From Vitrella brassicaformis CCMP3155 (taxonomy: Eukaryota; Protista; Chromerida), in assembly GCA_001179505.1 (NCBI GenBank), contig CDMY01000859.1:180046-244045 (forward strand): a DNA stretch of 64,000 nucleotides. Reading direction: 5' to 3'. The notes under the pieces were generated by a model. The model worked only from the letters and a program-made list of their open reading frames with translations. It did not search any database and was not told the DNA's origin. Made by a program: the position numbers and the translations under genes. Shown in pieces: positions 49,071 to 61,680 of this stretch. Positions within the stretch are counted from its first letter, which is position 1. Each line of letters starts with the position of its first letter.

Positions 49071-49668
49071 GGTGAGCTCAAGATAGGCCGTATCCATCCA
49101 TCCATCCATCGCCTCAGATCGACGAATGATCCTCCTTCTCTCTATGGACTGACTGTGTGGTCATCAGGTTCTCAGTTGCTGGCACAGTCGTCGAGGCGCA
49201 GCACGGCTGCACCAGCGCCAAGTATGTTTCACGCGTCCTCGTGCATCAACCCGACCATTCCCGACCATCCGCCGGTGACCAACATCAACCCCACACCGGC
49301 CTGCAGTTCCATCTTCAGTAAGGGAGGGAGGGTGGCTCTATCTGCCAGTCAGACCACAGCCACACATGGATGGATGGATGGATGTGTGTGTGTTATCGGT
49401 CGGTGTGCCGCAGGTTGGTCCACCTTTGTTTGACGTGCCAGCGTCGCGACATGAACGACTGCCACCTCAAGGCACAGCTCAAAAAGTGAGACAGAAAGAA
49501 ACAGATGCACAGGGGGGTGAGGTGAGCACACGTGGACGCCCGCCGGACGATTATATCGATCGATTATTCGTTCGTTCTGTCTTGGCAGCTACTCAGAGCA
49601 CATTCGCCACCTCGAGAGTGAGATTCACCTCCTCAATACCAAAATCGACCTGTAAGTCAGAGGTCAAG
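49071..49668 (+). repeat. Duplicated exon-intron module, also at 55202-55860 and partly at 58430-58535
   Basis: Near-identical exons LVHLCLTCQRRDMNDCHLKAQLK and YSEHIRHLESEIHLLNTKIDL with flanking introns. Confidence 0.85.
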
Positions 49669-49956
49669 CAGAACTGTGTGCGTTGCGAGCGCAACAAGAT
49701 GTGTGTGGCACGACTCGATGAGGATATCGAAGCGTAAGCGTCCGAAAAGGAACAAAGGCAAGCAACTGAGAGCACCTGGACGTCACGGACGGTTGTCTCG
49801 TTTTGTCTTGGTTTGAAGCCTCCAAGCCTCCGTCGACATCCTTCATTAAGGCCGATTCAAGTGGGACTGAACGAAGCCATATCGGACACCCATGAGCGCC
49901 GCATTCATTTTGTTGTGTGCAGCGTGCGTGTCAAATCATTGGCCTCCGCACTGATA

Positions 49957-51099
49957 ATGGTCGAGACCCACATAGCCGGTGGGTAGACCATCCATTTCTT
50001 GCGCTTCCATGGTTCACACACACCTGTGTGTGTATGTCCGTCCGCGTGTGTGTGTGAGCTCAGAGTTTGATGAGCTATTCGCCCCCAGTGACGACCTCCT
50101 GCGGACCGTATCAGAGCTCCGCGCCAGCATCGATGAGGCGAAAGACGACATCCTCGAGTACTGCAGCCTCAACAACGATCCCTGTCCGACTCTGAAGGAG
50201 GCGCTCCACAACGTCAAGTGTAGGCTCATTCACCACACACACGCCCCAAACAATGTGTCCGCATGTGTCTGTGTGTGTTTCTGTCTCCGTGTGTGTGGCA
50301 GTTGTGGCCAAAGATCATCGCCTGAGAATCACTACCACTCAGCATTGTCGGTGGTGGTTTTCAATGACCACAGAGGGGCTGCCTGCAGACGTCATATGTG
50401 TGTGATGGTGCGTTGATGCGTGTGCAGCGGATGGCTTTGTAGTTTTGGAGGCGCGGCATTCCGACGGGTTTGTGAAGTCTGCCCTGGACTACTTCAACGC
50501 GTTCAGCTCCGCTTGCCACAAGGTAAGAAATCTCAAACACAGACCACACACACACGCAACACTTGTCCATCTGTGCACCTCAGGCAAGGCAGCAGCTACC
50601 CATGTGAGCAGCTGGCCGACAGAGGAATGGCACACGCACATCTCAACTCTCACCTGTCCCACTGTCGTGCCTGTCCTGGCTGGGTGTGTATAGACTCATC
50701 ACCAAGATCAAAGAGGTGGAGGGGCCGGCGACCGAGAAGGCCAAGGAGTTTAACAACAGCAAAAACATCACGACATTCGATACTGACAATCAGGTGGGTG
50801 AGCACCCACACACAGACACACGGATGGATGGATGGATGGATCGATGGCAGACACGTGCGACCGCGTGTGTGTGTCTATGTGGGTGTGTGGTGCAGGTGTG
50901 CGCCGTATGGGCCAACATATTCAGCATCAAGAAGCTGCTGACACTCGCGGCTGACACACTCCAGAAGGCCGCCGCGGGGACCCAAGAGCTCACGGTGAGC
51001 GCTACATATCTCTTGTTCCACGACACACATGACACACTCTGTCTGTGTGTGGGGCGGGGCGTACGTGTGTGTCAGGTGTGTATCCAGGAGGTACTATAG
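49957..51099 (+). CDS. Multi-exon all-helical hypothetical protein
   Basis: MVETHIA|EFDELFAPSDDLLRTVSELRASIDEAKDDILEY...KSALDYFNAFSSACHK|LITKIKEVEGPATEKAKEF...|VCAVWANIFSIKKLL...|VCIQEVL*, with clean GT-AG introns. Confidence 0.6.
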
Positions 51100-52513
51100 A
51101 CGTAGATATTGACGTGCGGCTGTTTAAATCAGGCGCCCATATACCGACCGGCGGGGAGCTACGACGGTCAGACAGACACCAAACAGTCAGTAGACATGAC
51201 TTGGCATGACCCACACGCTCATTCTGTGTTAAATACTGTGTATCGTGTATCGTGTGTTTGTGGCAGCTCGAGCTTTTGGGAGTCGTTGGGTCTTTTTACA
51301 CATCGCTGGCTACATTTTATATCCCGACGTCAGTGGAAACGCAAAGACACGCCCTGTCTTCGTCATTATGTACTGGCCACCAAAAGTCACCAACATGTAA
51401 GCCAACGAGGAGAGGAGGGATACAAGGGGAGGTGGCGGCAATTGCTCTGCATGTGTGTCGCCCAGCTCAGCTTGAGGCACATGCAGCGCTTCTCCGTGAC
51501 CAGGACAGCAAGGAGGAGGTGAGCACACGAACGAATGTGTGTACACCTTTCCACTTTGTGTGTGTTCGATGGGTGCAGATCAAGGTGGCCATTCCCGAAG
51601 GCGACACACAAACGACCACACAGGGAAGTGACGAAAGGAGAAAGGCCAATGCGCGTTAGCGTGTCTTGTGCTGCGTAGGGAAAGGTGGTCACGAAGCCGC
51701 TGACGTTGAGGGGCCAATGAGGGCCGCCACTTCGACCCGCACGAGGACCCAATCACTCTCAGACACGCCAATCTCTATGTGTCTATGTGCGTGTGCAGGA
51801 AGTTCGTCAGGAGAAGAGCGAGATTCGCCAGCTAATCGATCGACAACATCAATGGCCAAGTCGACACCATCACAACGGTATGTACCAACCCACACAAGTC
51901 ACAAAAGTTTGTCACCATGGTGTGTATGGGCCTACACGTGTGCAGGAGGGCTGTAAGGATACGCATGCACATGCCATCAGTGTCTCTCTCTCTCTGTGTG
52001 TGTATGTGTATGTGTGTGTGTGTGTGTGTCCTCCATCCATCCATTGCAGTTAGTTGATCGAGCGGCACCTGAGAAACAAGACGTACATGGTCGATGTATG
52101 TGTACCCCCCGTCGATGACCGTCGTTGACCTGGCCATCTACGCTTCTCTTCGGCGGTGGATGGTGAGACATCGAAAGCAAGCGTGCACTCCCACACACAT
52201 CCACATGATCCACATATAGCTTTTTCTCCGTGTGTGATGTCTGTCGGTGCAGTCATCTGTGTCTGTGCAGTCACTGCGGACGTACCCCCACGTCATCCGG
52301 CACGTCAAGCACATTCACGAGGTCGCCAAGGCCCGAGGGATGACCATGGACACCATGGCGTAGACGAGTACCACAGGTAAAAGAAGTCCACGTCTACGCA
52401 CCTTCTGTTTTGTCTATGATCGATTGGTTGCAGCTGTGCTGTGCTGTGCTGTGCTGTACTGTGCTGTGCGGCTGGCCGTCTCCCGACTCACACATCGTTC
52501 GCCACCATACCCA

Positions 52514-53840
52514 ATGCAGGTGCAGCATCAGCATCAGCAGCAGCACCCGTTTTTGCCCCCCTCCCACCCCTCCATGCCTTTGCACCACCCCGCCCACAAG
52601 GCACAGACGACGGAGCAGCAGCAGCCCAATCAGCGCACATGGCGCAGTCAGCAGCCGCAGCCATCAGCATGCCGCCCCGATATCGCCGGCTTGTACCGCA
52701 CCAAGGCCGAGAAGAAGGGATGGCTCGAGAGGCTCCGCTGCGCCGTGAAGGACCTCTACGCCAGCCTGACGTGCCCCCCCCCCCNNNNNNNNNNNNNNNN
52801 NNNNNNNNNNNNNNNNNNNNNNNNNNNNNNNNNNNNNNNNNNNNNNNNNNNNNNNNNNNNNNNNNNNNNNNNNNNNNNNNNNNNNNNNNNNNNNNNNNNN
52901 NNNNNNNNNNNNNNNNNNNNNNNNNNNNNNNNNNNNNNNNNNNNNNNNNNNNNNNNNNNNNNNNNNNNNNNNNNNNNNNNNNNNNNNNNNNNNNNNNNNN
53001 NNNNNNNNNNNNNNNNNNNNNNNNNNNNNNNNNNNNNNNNNNNNNNNNNNNNNNNNNNNNNNNNNNNNNNNNNNNNNNNNNNNNCCCCCCGTGCTGCCAG
53101 GTGGAGAAGAGCGCGCCCAGGGCGCCGCAATTCCCCGCCGCACGGCAGGGTCCGTCAGCACCGAGGCCAGCCATCTACCGGCCTGGTCCGCCACGACACC
53201 CACCCGCCGCAGCGACACTGGCTTCTTCGCCGCCGTGCCGAGCCAGCATGCCGCCTGCAGCGGCAGGCTCACCTGCTGGCACCACCGCCACCGGCCCCGA
53301 CTCGCCAGCACCCGACACAGCCCAGCCACCAGCACCACTGCCTTCGGCCAGCGCTGCACCGCCCGCCAGGCGGAGGAGGGGCCCTCCGGGAAGGTGTGGA
53401 GCAGCCAGCTACGAGGAGGAGGACGGCAGCCACCGAGGGTCGCCCCCGCTGCCACAGATCCCCGCGGCGCCCTCTTCGCCGCCCCCCACCACCATGCTGC
53501 AGTACTTGGAATACGACGGCGAGCTCGCCACGGGTGAGAAGGACTCCAAGGGCGACTGTCAGCTGCACAAGTGCAGAATCCCCTCTCCACCCGTCCACCG
53601 ATTTTTCTTTCTGTCCGTTTGTCTGCAGGTGTAGGCTGCGACCCCGCAAAGCACTCGACTGGGACAGCAAGTACGTATCCTATATCAACACACACTTGAG
53701 GCACACATGAATGCGTGAATGGGAGAAACCGACACACGCCACACAAGTACGTCCGTGTGTGTGCTTGAATGGATACAGGAGGCAGACGGCGACCAACCAG
53801 GAGGGCACTCACCACTTCACGGCCGCCAAGGGCGCCAAGG
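52514..53840 (+). CDS. Q/P-rich N-terminal exons, possibly the 5' half of the kinase-like gene completed at 56570-58365; spans a gap
   Basis: Open frames on both sides of the gap; exons MLQYLEYDGELATGEKDSKGD and PRKALDWDSK. The intron starting at 53840 is duplicated at 56628. Confidence 0.4.
52785..53084. other. Assembly gap (300 N)
   Basis: N-run flanked by poly-C. Confidence 1.
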
Positions 53841-53954
53841 TGGGTGGGTGGGGGCATACACACATACACACGACAGCACATTTATATGTGTCTCTCCCGC
53901 CTCTCTCTCCTTCTCTTTGTCTGTATGTGTGTGCGTGTGTGTGTGTGTGAGCAG

Positions 53955-55079
53955 ACCGTTCTCGTAGTGGAGAGCGGCTGGTGGAGTGCTACAAATAGAC
54001 ATCCCTTTGCTAGTCATTTTATACGCCGACCGACGGATGCAGGTCTGCAGTCTACGGTTGAGGAGGTCCAGAGTGACAAGGACCGTCAGCTAGAGCAACG
54101 CAAATCGGACATCCACCAGGTAAGTGGATCATGAGACGAACGAGGCGGGCGCACACACCCACACACTCACAGACAGACATCCACACACAAATCCCTCTGT
54201 CCCCCCTCCCTCTCTCTCTCTTTGTGTCTGTCTGTCTATCTGTCTTCGGTCTGTGTCCGTGTCGTCAGGTTGAAGGTCTCTTGACGACGGCCCGTGAGCA
54301 GCTTCGACAGGCCGAGGACGACAAGGAACGAGACACGGCAGTACTCTGCTGAGATAGAGAGGCTGCGTATTGCGTTGGCCAAGTCCGCCTCAGCTCAGCT
54401 TGAGGCACATGCAGCGCTTCTCCGTGACCAGGACAGCAAGGAGGAGGTGAGCACACGAACGAATGTGTGTACACCTTTCCACTTTGTGTGTGTGTTCGAT
54501 GGGTGCAGATCAAGGTGGCCATTCCCGAAGGCGACACACAAACGACCACACAGGGAAGTGACGAAAGGAGAAAGGCCAATGCGCGTTAGCGTGTCTTGTG
54601 CTGCGTAGGAAAAGGTGGTCACGAAGCCGCTCCCGCGATAGCTAGCTGTTTTGGAGATCCCATTGCTGTCCGTTTCGTCGTGTAGAGATGGCTGACAAGG
54701 AGGACTCATGCGCAGAGTAGGTAGAGGGAGAAGGCAGGCCCTCATCCATCGCTATAATGGTGTGTGGGGGCATTCATTCGGATCCCCATCCATCCATCCA
54801 TCCATCAGAGAGGAGGAGGAGGAGTGCCGTGTGGTGGAAGAGTTCGGGTTGGGGTCTTTGTCTGTAGAGGACGGTGAGCAGAGGAGGCAAAAGGACGCAC
54901 AGAAACGCACCCCAGCCGTTGGTTGACACGTCCCCGTTCTCACTCATGTCGGATGGATGGATGGATGGATGGCAGACGGCAAGCCGCCTGAAGATGCACC
55001 GGCACCGGCGGCCAAGACGGTCAGACACTCACCGACCACCTCACACACACGCTTTCATCTGTGTATGTGTGTCTGCCCG

Positions 55080-55115
<36 letters not shown>

Positions 55116-56570
55116 TGTGTGTGACTGCTGCAGGCTGACATGTTGGTTTGTGAGTCTGACGACTACGATAATGGTGGGCCGGCCAAGGCGCATCTGGACA
55201 CAGGTGAGCTCAGATAGGCCGTATCCATCCATCCATCCATCCATCCACCCATCGCCTCAAGTCCACTCCCTAATGATCCATCCTCCTTCCTTCTCCCTAT
55301 GGACTGACTGTGTGGTCCTCAGGCTCTCCATTGTTGGCTCAGTCATCGGGTCGAAGCACGGCTGCACCGGGGCCCAGCATCGTTCACGCCTCCTCGTGCC
55401 TCAACCCGATCATAGAAGACCATCCGCGTGTTACAAACATCAACCCCCACACTGGGCAACAGTTCCAGCTACAGTGAGTGAGGAAGGGAGGGTGGCTCTG
55501 TCTGCCAGTCAGACCATAGCCACACATGGATGAATGGATGGATGGATGGATGTGTGTGTGTGTGTTATCGGTCGGTGTGCCGCAGGTTGGTCCACCTTTG
55601 TTTGACGTGCCAGCGTCGCGACATGAACGACTGCCACCTCAAGGCACAGCTCAAAAAGTGAGACAGAAAGAAACAGATGCACAGGGGGGGTGAGGTGAGC
55701 ACACGTGGACGCCCGCCGGATGATTGACTGACTCATTCGTTGGTTGGTTGGTTGGTTGGTTGGTTCTGTCTTGGCAGCTACTCTGACCACATTCGCTACC
55801 TCGAGGGTGAGATTGTCCTCCTCAATACCAAAATCGATCTGTAAGTCAGAGGTCAAGGGAAAGCAGCACGGAAACGAACGAACCATTGTGTCTTTGCATT
55901 GCAGAGGAGAGGGCGTTCTGGGATGCCCAGAGGGAGGAGAGGAATCGGTAAGTTGTAACCAATTCAATCTCCTCTCTGGTTGATTGCAATTTTGGCTGTG
56001 TGTGTGCGTTTCAGATTGGCAGAGTACGAGCAGGGCAAAATATATGGAGGAAGACCCTGACAAATTCCGCTCATTCCACGTGCCGTACCGGGTAGGAAAT
56101 GATCACCCTTCTCACCTCATCGATTGACATTCGCACTGAGTCTTGTGTGTCACATTTTGAACCCCACATACATCTGCAGATGTATCATACATCTTGGGGT
56201 TTCTGCACAGATCGATTGCTGCCTTCATTTTATATTCGATCGGCCGATGACGACCCTTCACCCGCACTGCCTTGTCCAGCCATTTGCGAAGGGTATGTGA
56301 AGCTGTCAAACCGTACTGATCACTTCCTGTCTTCCTGACGTGTCTCGTGTCTGCGTGTTCAGATCGATCGCTGTCTCCATTTTATATCCGTGGACCTCTC
56401 GTTCTCAATTGCCGATGCACCTCATCTAAAACCGCTCTGAAATTCCTGGCGGCCCCACAGGTGCGTAAGTGAGGAAGAAGAGAAGAGACTCGTGAACATT
56501 TGCTCATGTCTCCTCTTTTCTTTGTTCGTCTCCGCATAACTGGCCGCTCCGGCGGCCCCGAGAGATTTAC
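53955..56570 (+). repeat. Mosaic segment built from four pieces found elsewhere in this window, flanked by a ~105-bp direct repeat
   Basis: 53955-54380 = 58649-59180; 54382-54631 = 51464-51701; 55202-55860 = 49071-49668; 56180-56570 = 40100-40465. Flanks 53845-53950 and 56630-56730 are near-identical. Confidence 0.85.
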
Positions 56571-57057
56571 CAAGTGCCCCTGGTCCGTGGCGAGAAGCGT
56601 GTCGAGATGGACGCCGGCTGCCGCGAGGTAGGTGGGTGGGGGCATACACACATACACACGACAGCACATATATATGTGCCTCTCCCGCGCCTCTCTCCTT
56701 CTCTTTGTCTGTGTGTGTGTGTGTGTGTGGAACAATGCAGTCTGAGCCTGGCGCCCATCGCTCCGACCTGCCGATCAAGGATGCGATCGACTACCCCGCG
56801 GCACTGTGGCCAAACTTCGACCCCCAACACCCAGAGCTGGCGGCCCTCAAGGGAGTGAGTGAGCGAGTGAGTGAGTCAAGTGCACCAGCTATGAGAGAGG
56901 AGAGAGGGGGGAATGTCTTCTGTCTGTCTGTTTGTCTGTGTGTCTGTTTGTCTGTGTGTCTGTTTGTCTGTGTGTCTGTTTTGGTTTCATTCGCTGAGCA
57001 CTCCTGCCAGAAGCCACCCGAGCGGAGCTGGAGGAGCAGCAGCCCCCACCCCCACCC

Positions 57058-58365
57058 ATGCCCCAACAGCCAAGGGCACCAGCAGCTGCCGCGTCTGCTG
57101 CTGCCCCCGAGGCCCACCGACACACCCACACAGTGGACCCGCCGGCCACTGACACACTGCCCCAGCCCCCCAAGCCACAGCACCCACCTGGGCAGTTCCT
57201 GATTCCGGACGAGGACGAGGACTACGTCCCGTCGACCATCCTGCTTGCGCGTGCCGAGAAGGCCGCCAAGGAGGCCGAGATGGCGCGGGCGAGGGAGGCG
57301 GAGAGTGGGGATGAGGGGGAGGAGAGGAGGCAGCACCAGGCAGAGGTGCGGCCAGGCGAGCTGTGGACCGGCAGCGTCAACCTCACTGATTTCCTCCACA
57401 TCCGCTGCGGCCGCCTGAAGCACCCCAGCATCAAGTCGCGGGCCACGGCACGGAAGCTGCAGCTCATCAAGCAGACGATCGAGCGCCTCAACCTCAGCAA
57501 AGGCCTCTACCGCCAGCTCATGGTGTCGTGCCTGTCGTCGCTGGAGGGCATCCATGGGGCTGAGTGGGTGCACGGGGATACCAATGGCCAGAATGCCATG
57601 GTCGTGTGGGATCCCGTCACCCGCCGCCTCTACAGCCCGTGGATCGACTTCGAGGTGGCCAGGCCGACAACCGAGGCCGAGCAGCCCCTGACGACCACTC
57701 CACCCACACTGTGCCATGTGGAGCCGGTGGCGGTGCCCCCTCCCCACTGCGACCCAACGGCACTGAGACGTGTGGCCAAGGTGATCGAGGTGGTCATCGA
57801 CCAGAGCAAGCCCAGCACGGTCGCAACGGCAGCACCGCAGTCGCCCCTCTATGGCGCCTTCAGCCGCATGGCGGACACCTACGCCATCTGCTCGCTGGCC
57901 GCCGCCATCCTTATGGGTCCCCACATGGACCACCCGAGCGGCCCCTCGCACAACCACGTCATCTTTCCCCCCGCGACCTTCACGGGTCCCTTTATGGACC
58001 CGCCGAGCGGCCCCTCCGACACCCACCCCTTCTGTGGGCAGGAGCTGCCCTTCTTCCCGGGGGCACATGGGGCCCGCAGCAGCAGCAGCAGATCTCTGTA
58101 CGGCCGCCACTTCGAGTGGGTGAAGGAGGAGGATGCGCTCATTAAGGAGGCCATCGAAGTGGGGGGCGAAGGGGGGAGACGGGCGCTGCACGACATTAAC
58201 GACGAGAAGCCGACGGTGGAGCAGCGGCTCGTGTGGGAGGGGCAGAGGGGAGAGGCGCGCGACGAGGAGGCCGTGCAGGACCTCAGGATGGCCCTGGTGC
58301 TCGTCAAGGAGGGGATGTGTCCGGACAAAGGCGAGAGGCGCCCACTGCGTGAGATTATCCAGTAA
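57058..58365 (+). CDS. Divergent ePK-like kinase domain (HGD...N, DFE) in a single long exon
   Basis: 435-aa ORF: LMVSCLSSLEGIHGAEWVHGDTNGQNAMVV...PWIDFEVAR...MADTYAICSLAAAILMG...CPDKGERRPLREII. Likely preceded by exons at 56570-56627 and 56740-56855. Confidence 0.7.
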   Translation: MPQQPRAPAAAASAAAPEAHRHTHTVDPPATDTLPQPPKPQHPPGQFLIPDEDEDYVPSTILLARAEKAAKEAEMARAREAESGDEGEERRQHQAEVRPGELWTGSVNLTDFLHIRCGRLKHPSIKSRATARKLQLIKQTIERLNLSKGLYRQLMVSCLSSLEGIHGAEWVHGDTNGQNAMVVWDPVTRRLYSPWIDFEVARPTTEAEQPLTTTPPTLCHVEPVAVPPPHCDPTALRRVAKVIEVVIDQSKPSTVATAAPQSPLYGAFSRMADTYAICSLAAAILMGPHMDHPSGPSHNHVIFPPATFTGPFMDPPSGPSDTHPFCGQELPFFPGAHGARSSSSRSLYGRHFEWVKEEDALIKEAIEVGGEGGRRALHDINDEKPTVEQRLVWEGQRGEARDEEAVQDLRMALVLVKEGMCPDKGERRPLREIIQ

Positions 58366-58648
58366 GGAAGGCACGCACTCATGCATACACTTGACAACAA
58401 GCAGCATGTATCATGGGTCTGTGTCTCTTGTTCGTTCTGTCTTGGCAGCTACCTAGAGTACATTCGCTACCTCGAGAGTGAGATTCACCTCCTCAATACC
58501 AAAATCGATCTGTAAGTCAGAGATCAAGGGAAAGCGGCAGGGGAACGAACGAACGAACATACGTGAACGCACGCAGCGAATGGTCGGTCGTATGGGTTGT
58601 CTTGGCTGGTAGGATGAGCGTCGTAATCGGCATGAGTGACGTGGGCAT

Positions 58649-59440
58649 ACCGTTCTCGTAGTGGAGAGCGGCTGGTGGAGTGCTACAAATAGACATCCCT
58701 TTGCTAGTCATTTTATACGCCGCCGACGGATGCAGGTCTGCACTCTGCGGCTACACAGGTGCAGTCTACGGTTGAGGAGGTCCAGAGTGACAAGGACCGT
58801 CAGCTGGAGCAACGCAAATCGGACATCCACCAGGTGAGTGGGTGGATCATGAGACAAACGAGGCGGGCGCACACACCCACACACTCACAGACAGACATCC
58901 ACACACACAAATCCCTCTGTCCCCCCTCCCTCTCTCTCTCTTTGTGTCTGTCTGTCTATCTGTCTGTCGGTCTGTGTGCGTGTCGTCAGGGTGAAGGTCT
59001 CTTGACGACGACCCGTGAGCAGCTTCGACAGGCCGAGGACGACAAGGAACGAGTCAGAGAAACGCCAACACACAGACACGCACGCACGCACGTACGCAGC
59101 ACACCAAGCCATCTGTGTGTGTGTGTGCGTGTGCAGTACTCTGCTGAGATAGAGAGGCTGCGTAATGCGTTGGCCAAGTCGGTCGAGGAGCACACCAGCG
59201 AGTCGGGCAAGTGAATTGGAATGGTGCAGAGAGGAAGGGAGGGAAGTAGTGAATGGATGGATGGGTGGGTGGGCCGGTGGGTGCACTGCACTGATTGCTC
59301 TGGAGAGAGATGGATGGATGGATGGATTGTGTGTGTCTGTGTGTAAGTTGGTTCAGCTCAAGTCGACTTTGGAGGCCGTCCAGAGTGACAAGGACAAGGA
59401 GCTCGACCAACGCCAAGCCGACATCGACCGACCAGGTGAG
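58649..59440 (+). repeat. Coiled-coil exon module, donor-like copy of 53955-54380, with an internal related repeat
   Basis: QSTVEEVQSDKDRQLEQRKSDIHQ|...|YSAEIERLRNALAKS, then a related exon KSTLEAVQSDKDKELDQRQADIDRP at 59350-59435. Confidence 0.75.
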
Positions 59441-59726
59441 TGAGTGCATCATGAGACGAGCGAGGCGGGCACACCCACCCACAAACTAACAGAAATACAT
59501 CCTTTACCCCCTCTGTATCCTGTGGCTGACGGCAGCGGCGAGCGGGTCCAAGACCAACCACGACAACGCCAACAGGAGCCCGGCGCGCAAGACACCAGGA
59601 AGACACACACAACACACACGAAAGAGACGACACAATTACATAACAATTCCTCCTGTGTCGGTCGAAGTAGTAGGTGCGCGGGAGGGCTCGTTGCCAATTC
59701 GGAGTGAGACGCCCTCATCGACGGAG

Positions 59727-61680
59727 ACCACTCAGGTACGTAAGTAAGGGAGAAGAAAGAGGAAAGAGTATTTGCTTATGTCTCTTCTGTGTTTCCTCTC
59801 TTTCCATACTTGGCCGCTTCGGCGGCCATCGATCAGCCCAAGCTGCAGCACCGACTGGTAATCCCCGAATACGACATCCATCCATACATGTGCAGACCCT
59901 TCTGGGTGGCTGGCTGGATCCTGCAGCTGGCTGCTCCCCCCGGTCATCGCCGTCAGGAGCCCTTCACTGGGAGACCCAAGTAAGCTCAGAACAAGTGCAC
60001 CAAGTAAGCTCAGAACAAGTGCACCCTCAGACATATTTAGACGTCTCAGTCTATGTCGCCGCCATGGCCCGCAAGACGGCCAAGGAGGTAAGCTGGTGAG
60101 GATGTGGACAGGGAGGGAGGGAGGGAGCCTGACTTACAGTGGGAGAGTGGGTATTTTCAGGCGTCGTTTGGATCGTCAGATGAGAGCACGTCAACGCCGC
60201 CGTGTGTGTGTGTGTGTGTGTGCAGACCGTTTCATGCCCTGAATTCCCTCGAGTCGCCCGCGCCAGCACCTGGAGGCCTCAGCCGGCGGCTGAAGGTGCC
60301 AGTGTCCCACTGGGGGGAAGGGGACGATGGCTTCTACGCCAGCTCCTTGACCCAGTGGGACCTGGCCTATTGGGAGAGGAAGGGGCCGTGGTGCCTGCCC
60401 ACGTTCGTGGTCCCAGAGGCCTCCTGCTGCTGCCTAGAGCTGGCAACGACCATGGTGCGCGAGGTGCGGATGGCTTCCGCTTCCCAACACAGTGGTACAC
60501 ACTCACACACACATATGCATCAGACGCCCACACTGTTGGTCACTGTGGTGTGGTGTGTGCAGCTGACTTGCCGACAGAGACGTGTCATCCATCCATCAGG
60601 GACGTGGCGAGTTCCGAGCACACTGCTGAGGTGTACAAAGCCATCTGCAAACTCTGCTCTCCCTCTCTGGCGAGGGCATCGAGGTCGGTGGGATGTGGGA
60701 GAGGTGGGAGGGGCGGGCGGCCCATCTGTGTGTCTGTGTGTCTGTGTGTGTGTGTGTGTGTGTGTGCTGCAGCTGGTGCACCGACATGTCAAGCTCAACA
60801 ACTCAGGTGGACCCCGCAGGGCTGCATGCTGCTTGGCTTCGACGAGTGCATGTTCGTCGGCCGGCCGCCGACCACTAAGTCACGACGAGCCGACAGAGAC
60901 GGCTTCCTCCCGGGTGCTGACGGTTTCCGCGTAAGTCGGTCGGCCGACAAGTGACTGCACGGCGCAGAACGGAACTAGTTTTGATGTGTGTGTGTGTGCT
61001 GCCTGTCCTTGCTCATTTGGCTGGATGGCGTCCGTCAGGCCCCAGAGGTGCACTTAGGGAAGGATAAGGCGAGGAAGTGGAGCCCTGCTAGCGACATCTG
61101 GGCGGCTGGAGTTAGCTTGTAGGCAACCGAAGGCACATACACACACACACACACATCCTGGCTGCCTGGTGGGTGTAGGTACTTGGTGTGTTTCGAGACG
61201 AGCCCCTTCGAGGACATCGACGAGGACAGGTGGACTGCTGACGAACTCGAGGAGGCATCCTTGAACGGACAGCTGGTACAAACAAACAGACCCCTCACAC
61301 TCACACACACACCAGACAGACCAGACAGACAACGACGAGACGATTGCCCTTGGGTGCCTGCTGTGTCTTCAGAAGGTGAGGCTGCCCAGTGAGGCTGACG
61401 AGGACATGTGCCAGGCGTATCAGCTGATCGAGCAGATGCTCAGATTTGACCCCCGCGAGCGCCTCACAGGTCGGCGGGCGGGTCTGCGTCGCGTGAACCA
61501 AGTGTCGTCCATGTGTGTGTGTGTGTGTGTGCAGCGAAGGCCGCTCTGCGTCATCCCTGGCTGGCCGGTCTGGCTGTCGGTGGCGGACCAATGCCACCAA
61601 TGAATCATCTGTAGGATCGGCCCTGCCAACCCCGGCACACCCTCATCCCCAGGCGCCAACGGCCGAGCACCACCCCCGCA
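59727..61680 (+). pseudogene. Pseudokinase paralogue with HRH/GFD substitutions and a 1-nt frameshift at ~60803
   Basis: LVHRHVKLNN (60773-60802) is out of frame with RWTPQGCMLLGFDEC unless one base is added. Then APEVHLG, SDIWAAGVSL|YLVCFETSPF and LIEQMLRFDPRERLT. The 5' exons match 38980-39480. Confidence 0.7.

Noticed and set aside
51790-52380. Short exon-like pieces (e.g. RQEKSEIRQLID, SLRTYPHVIRHVKHIHE)
   Set aside because: They could not be joined into a consistent model or assigned to a family; probably decayed fragments.
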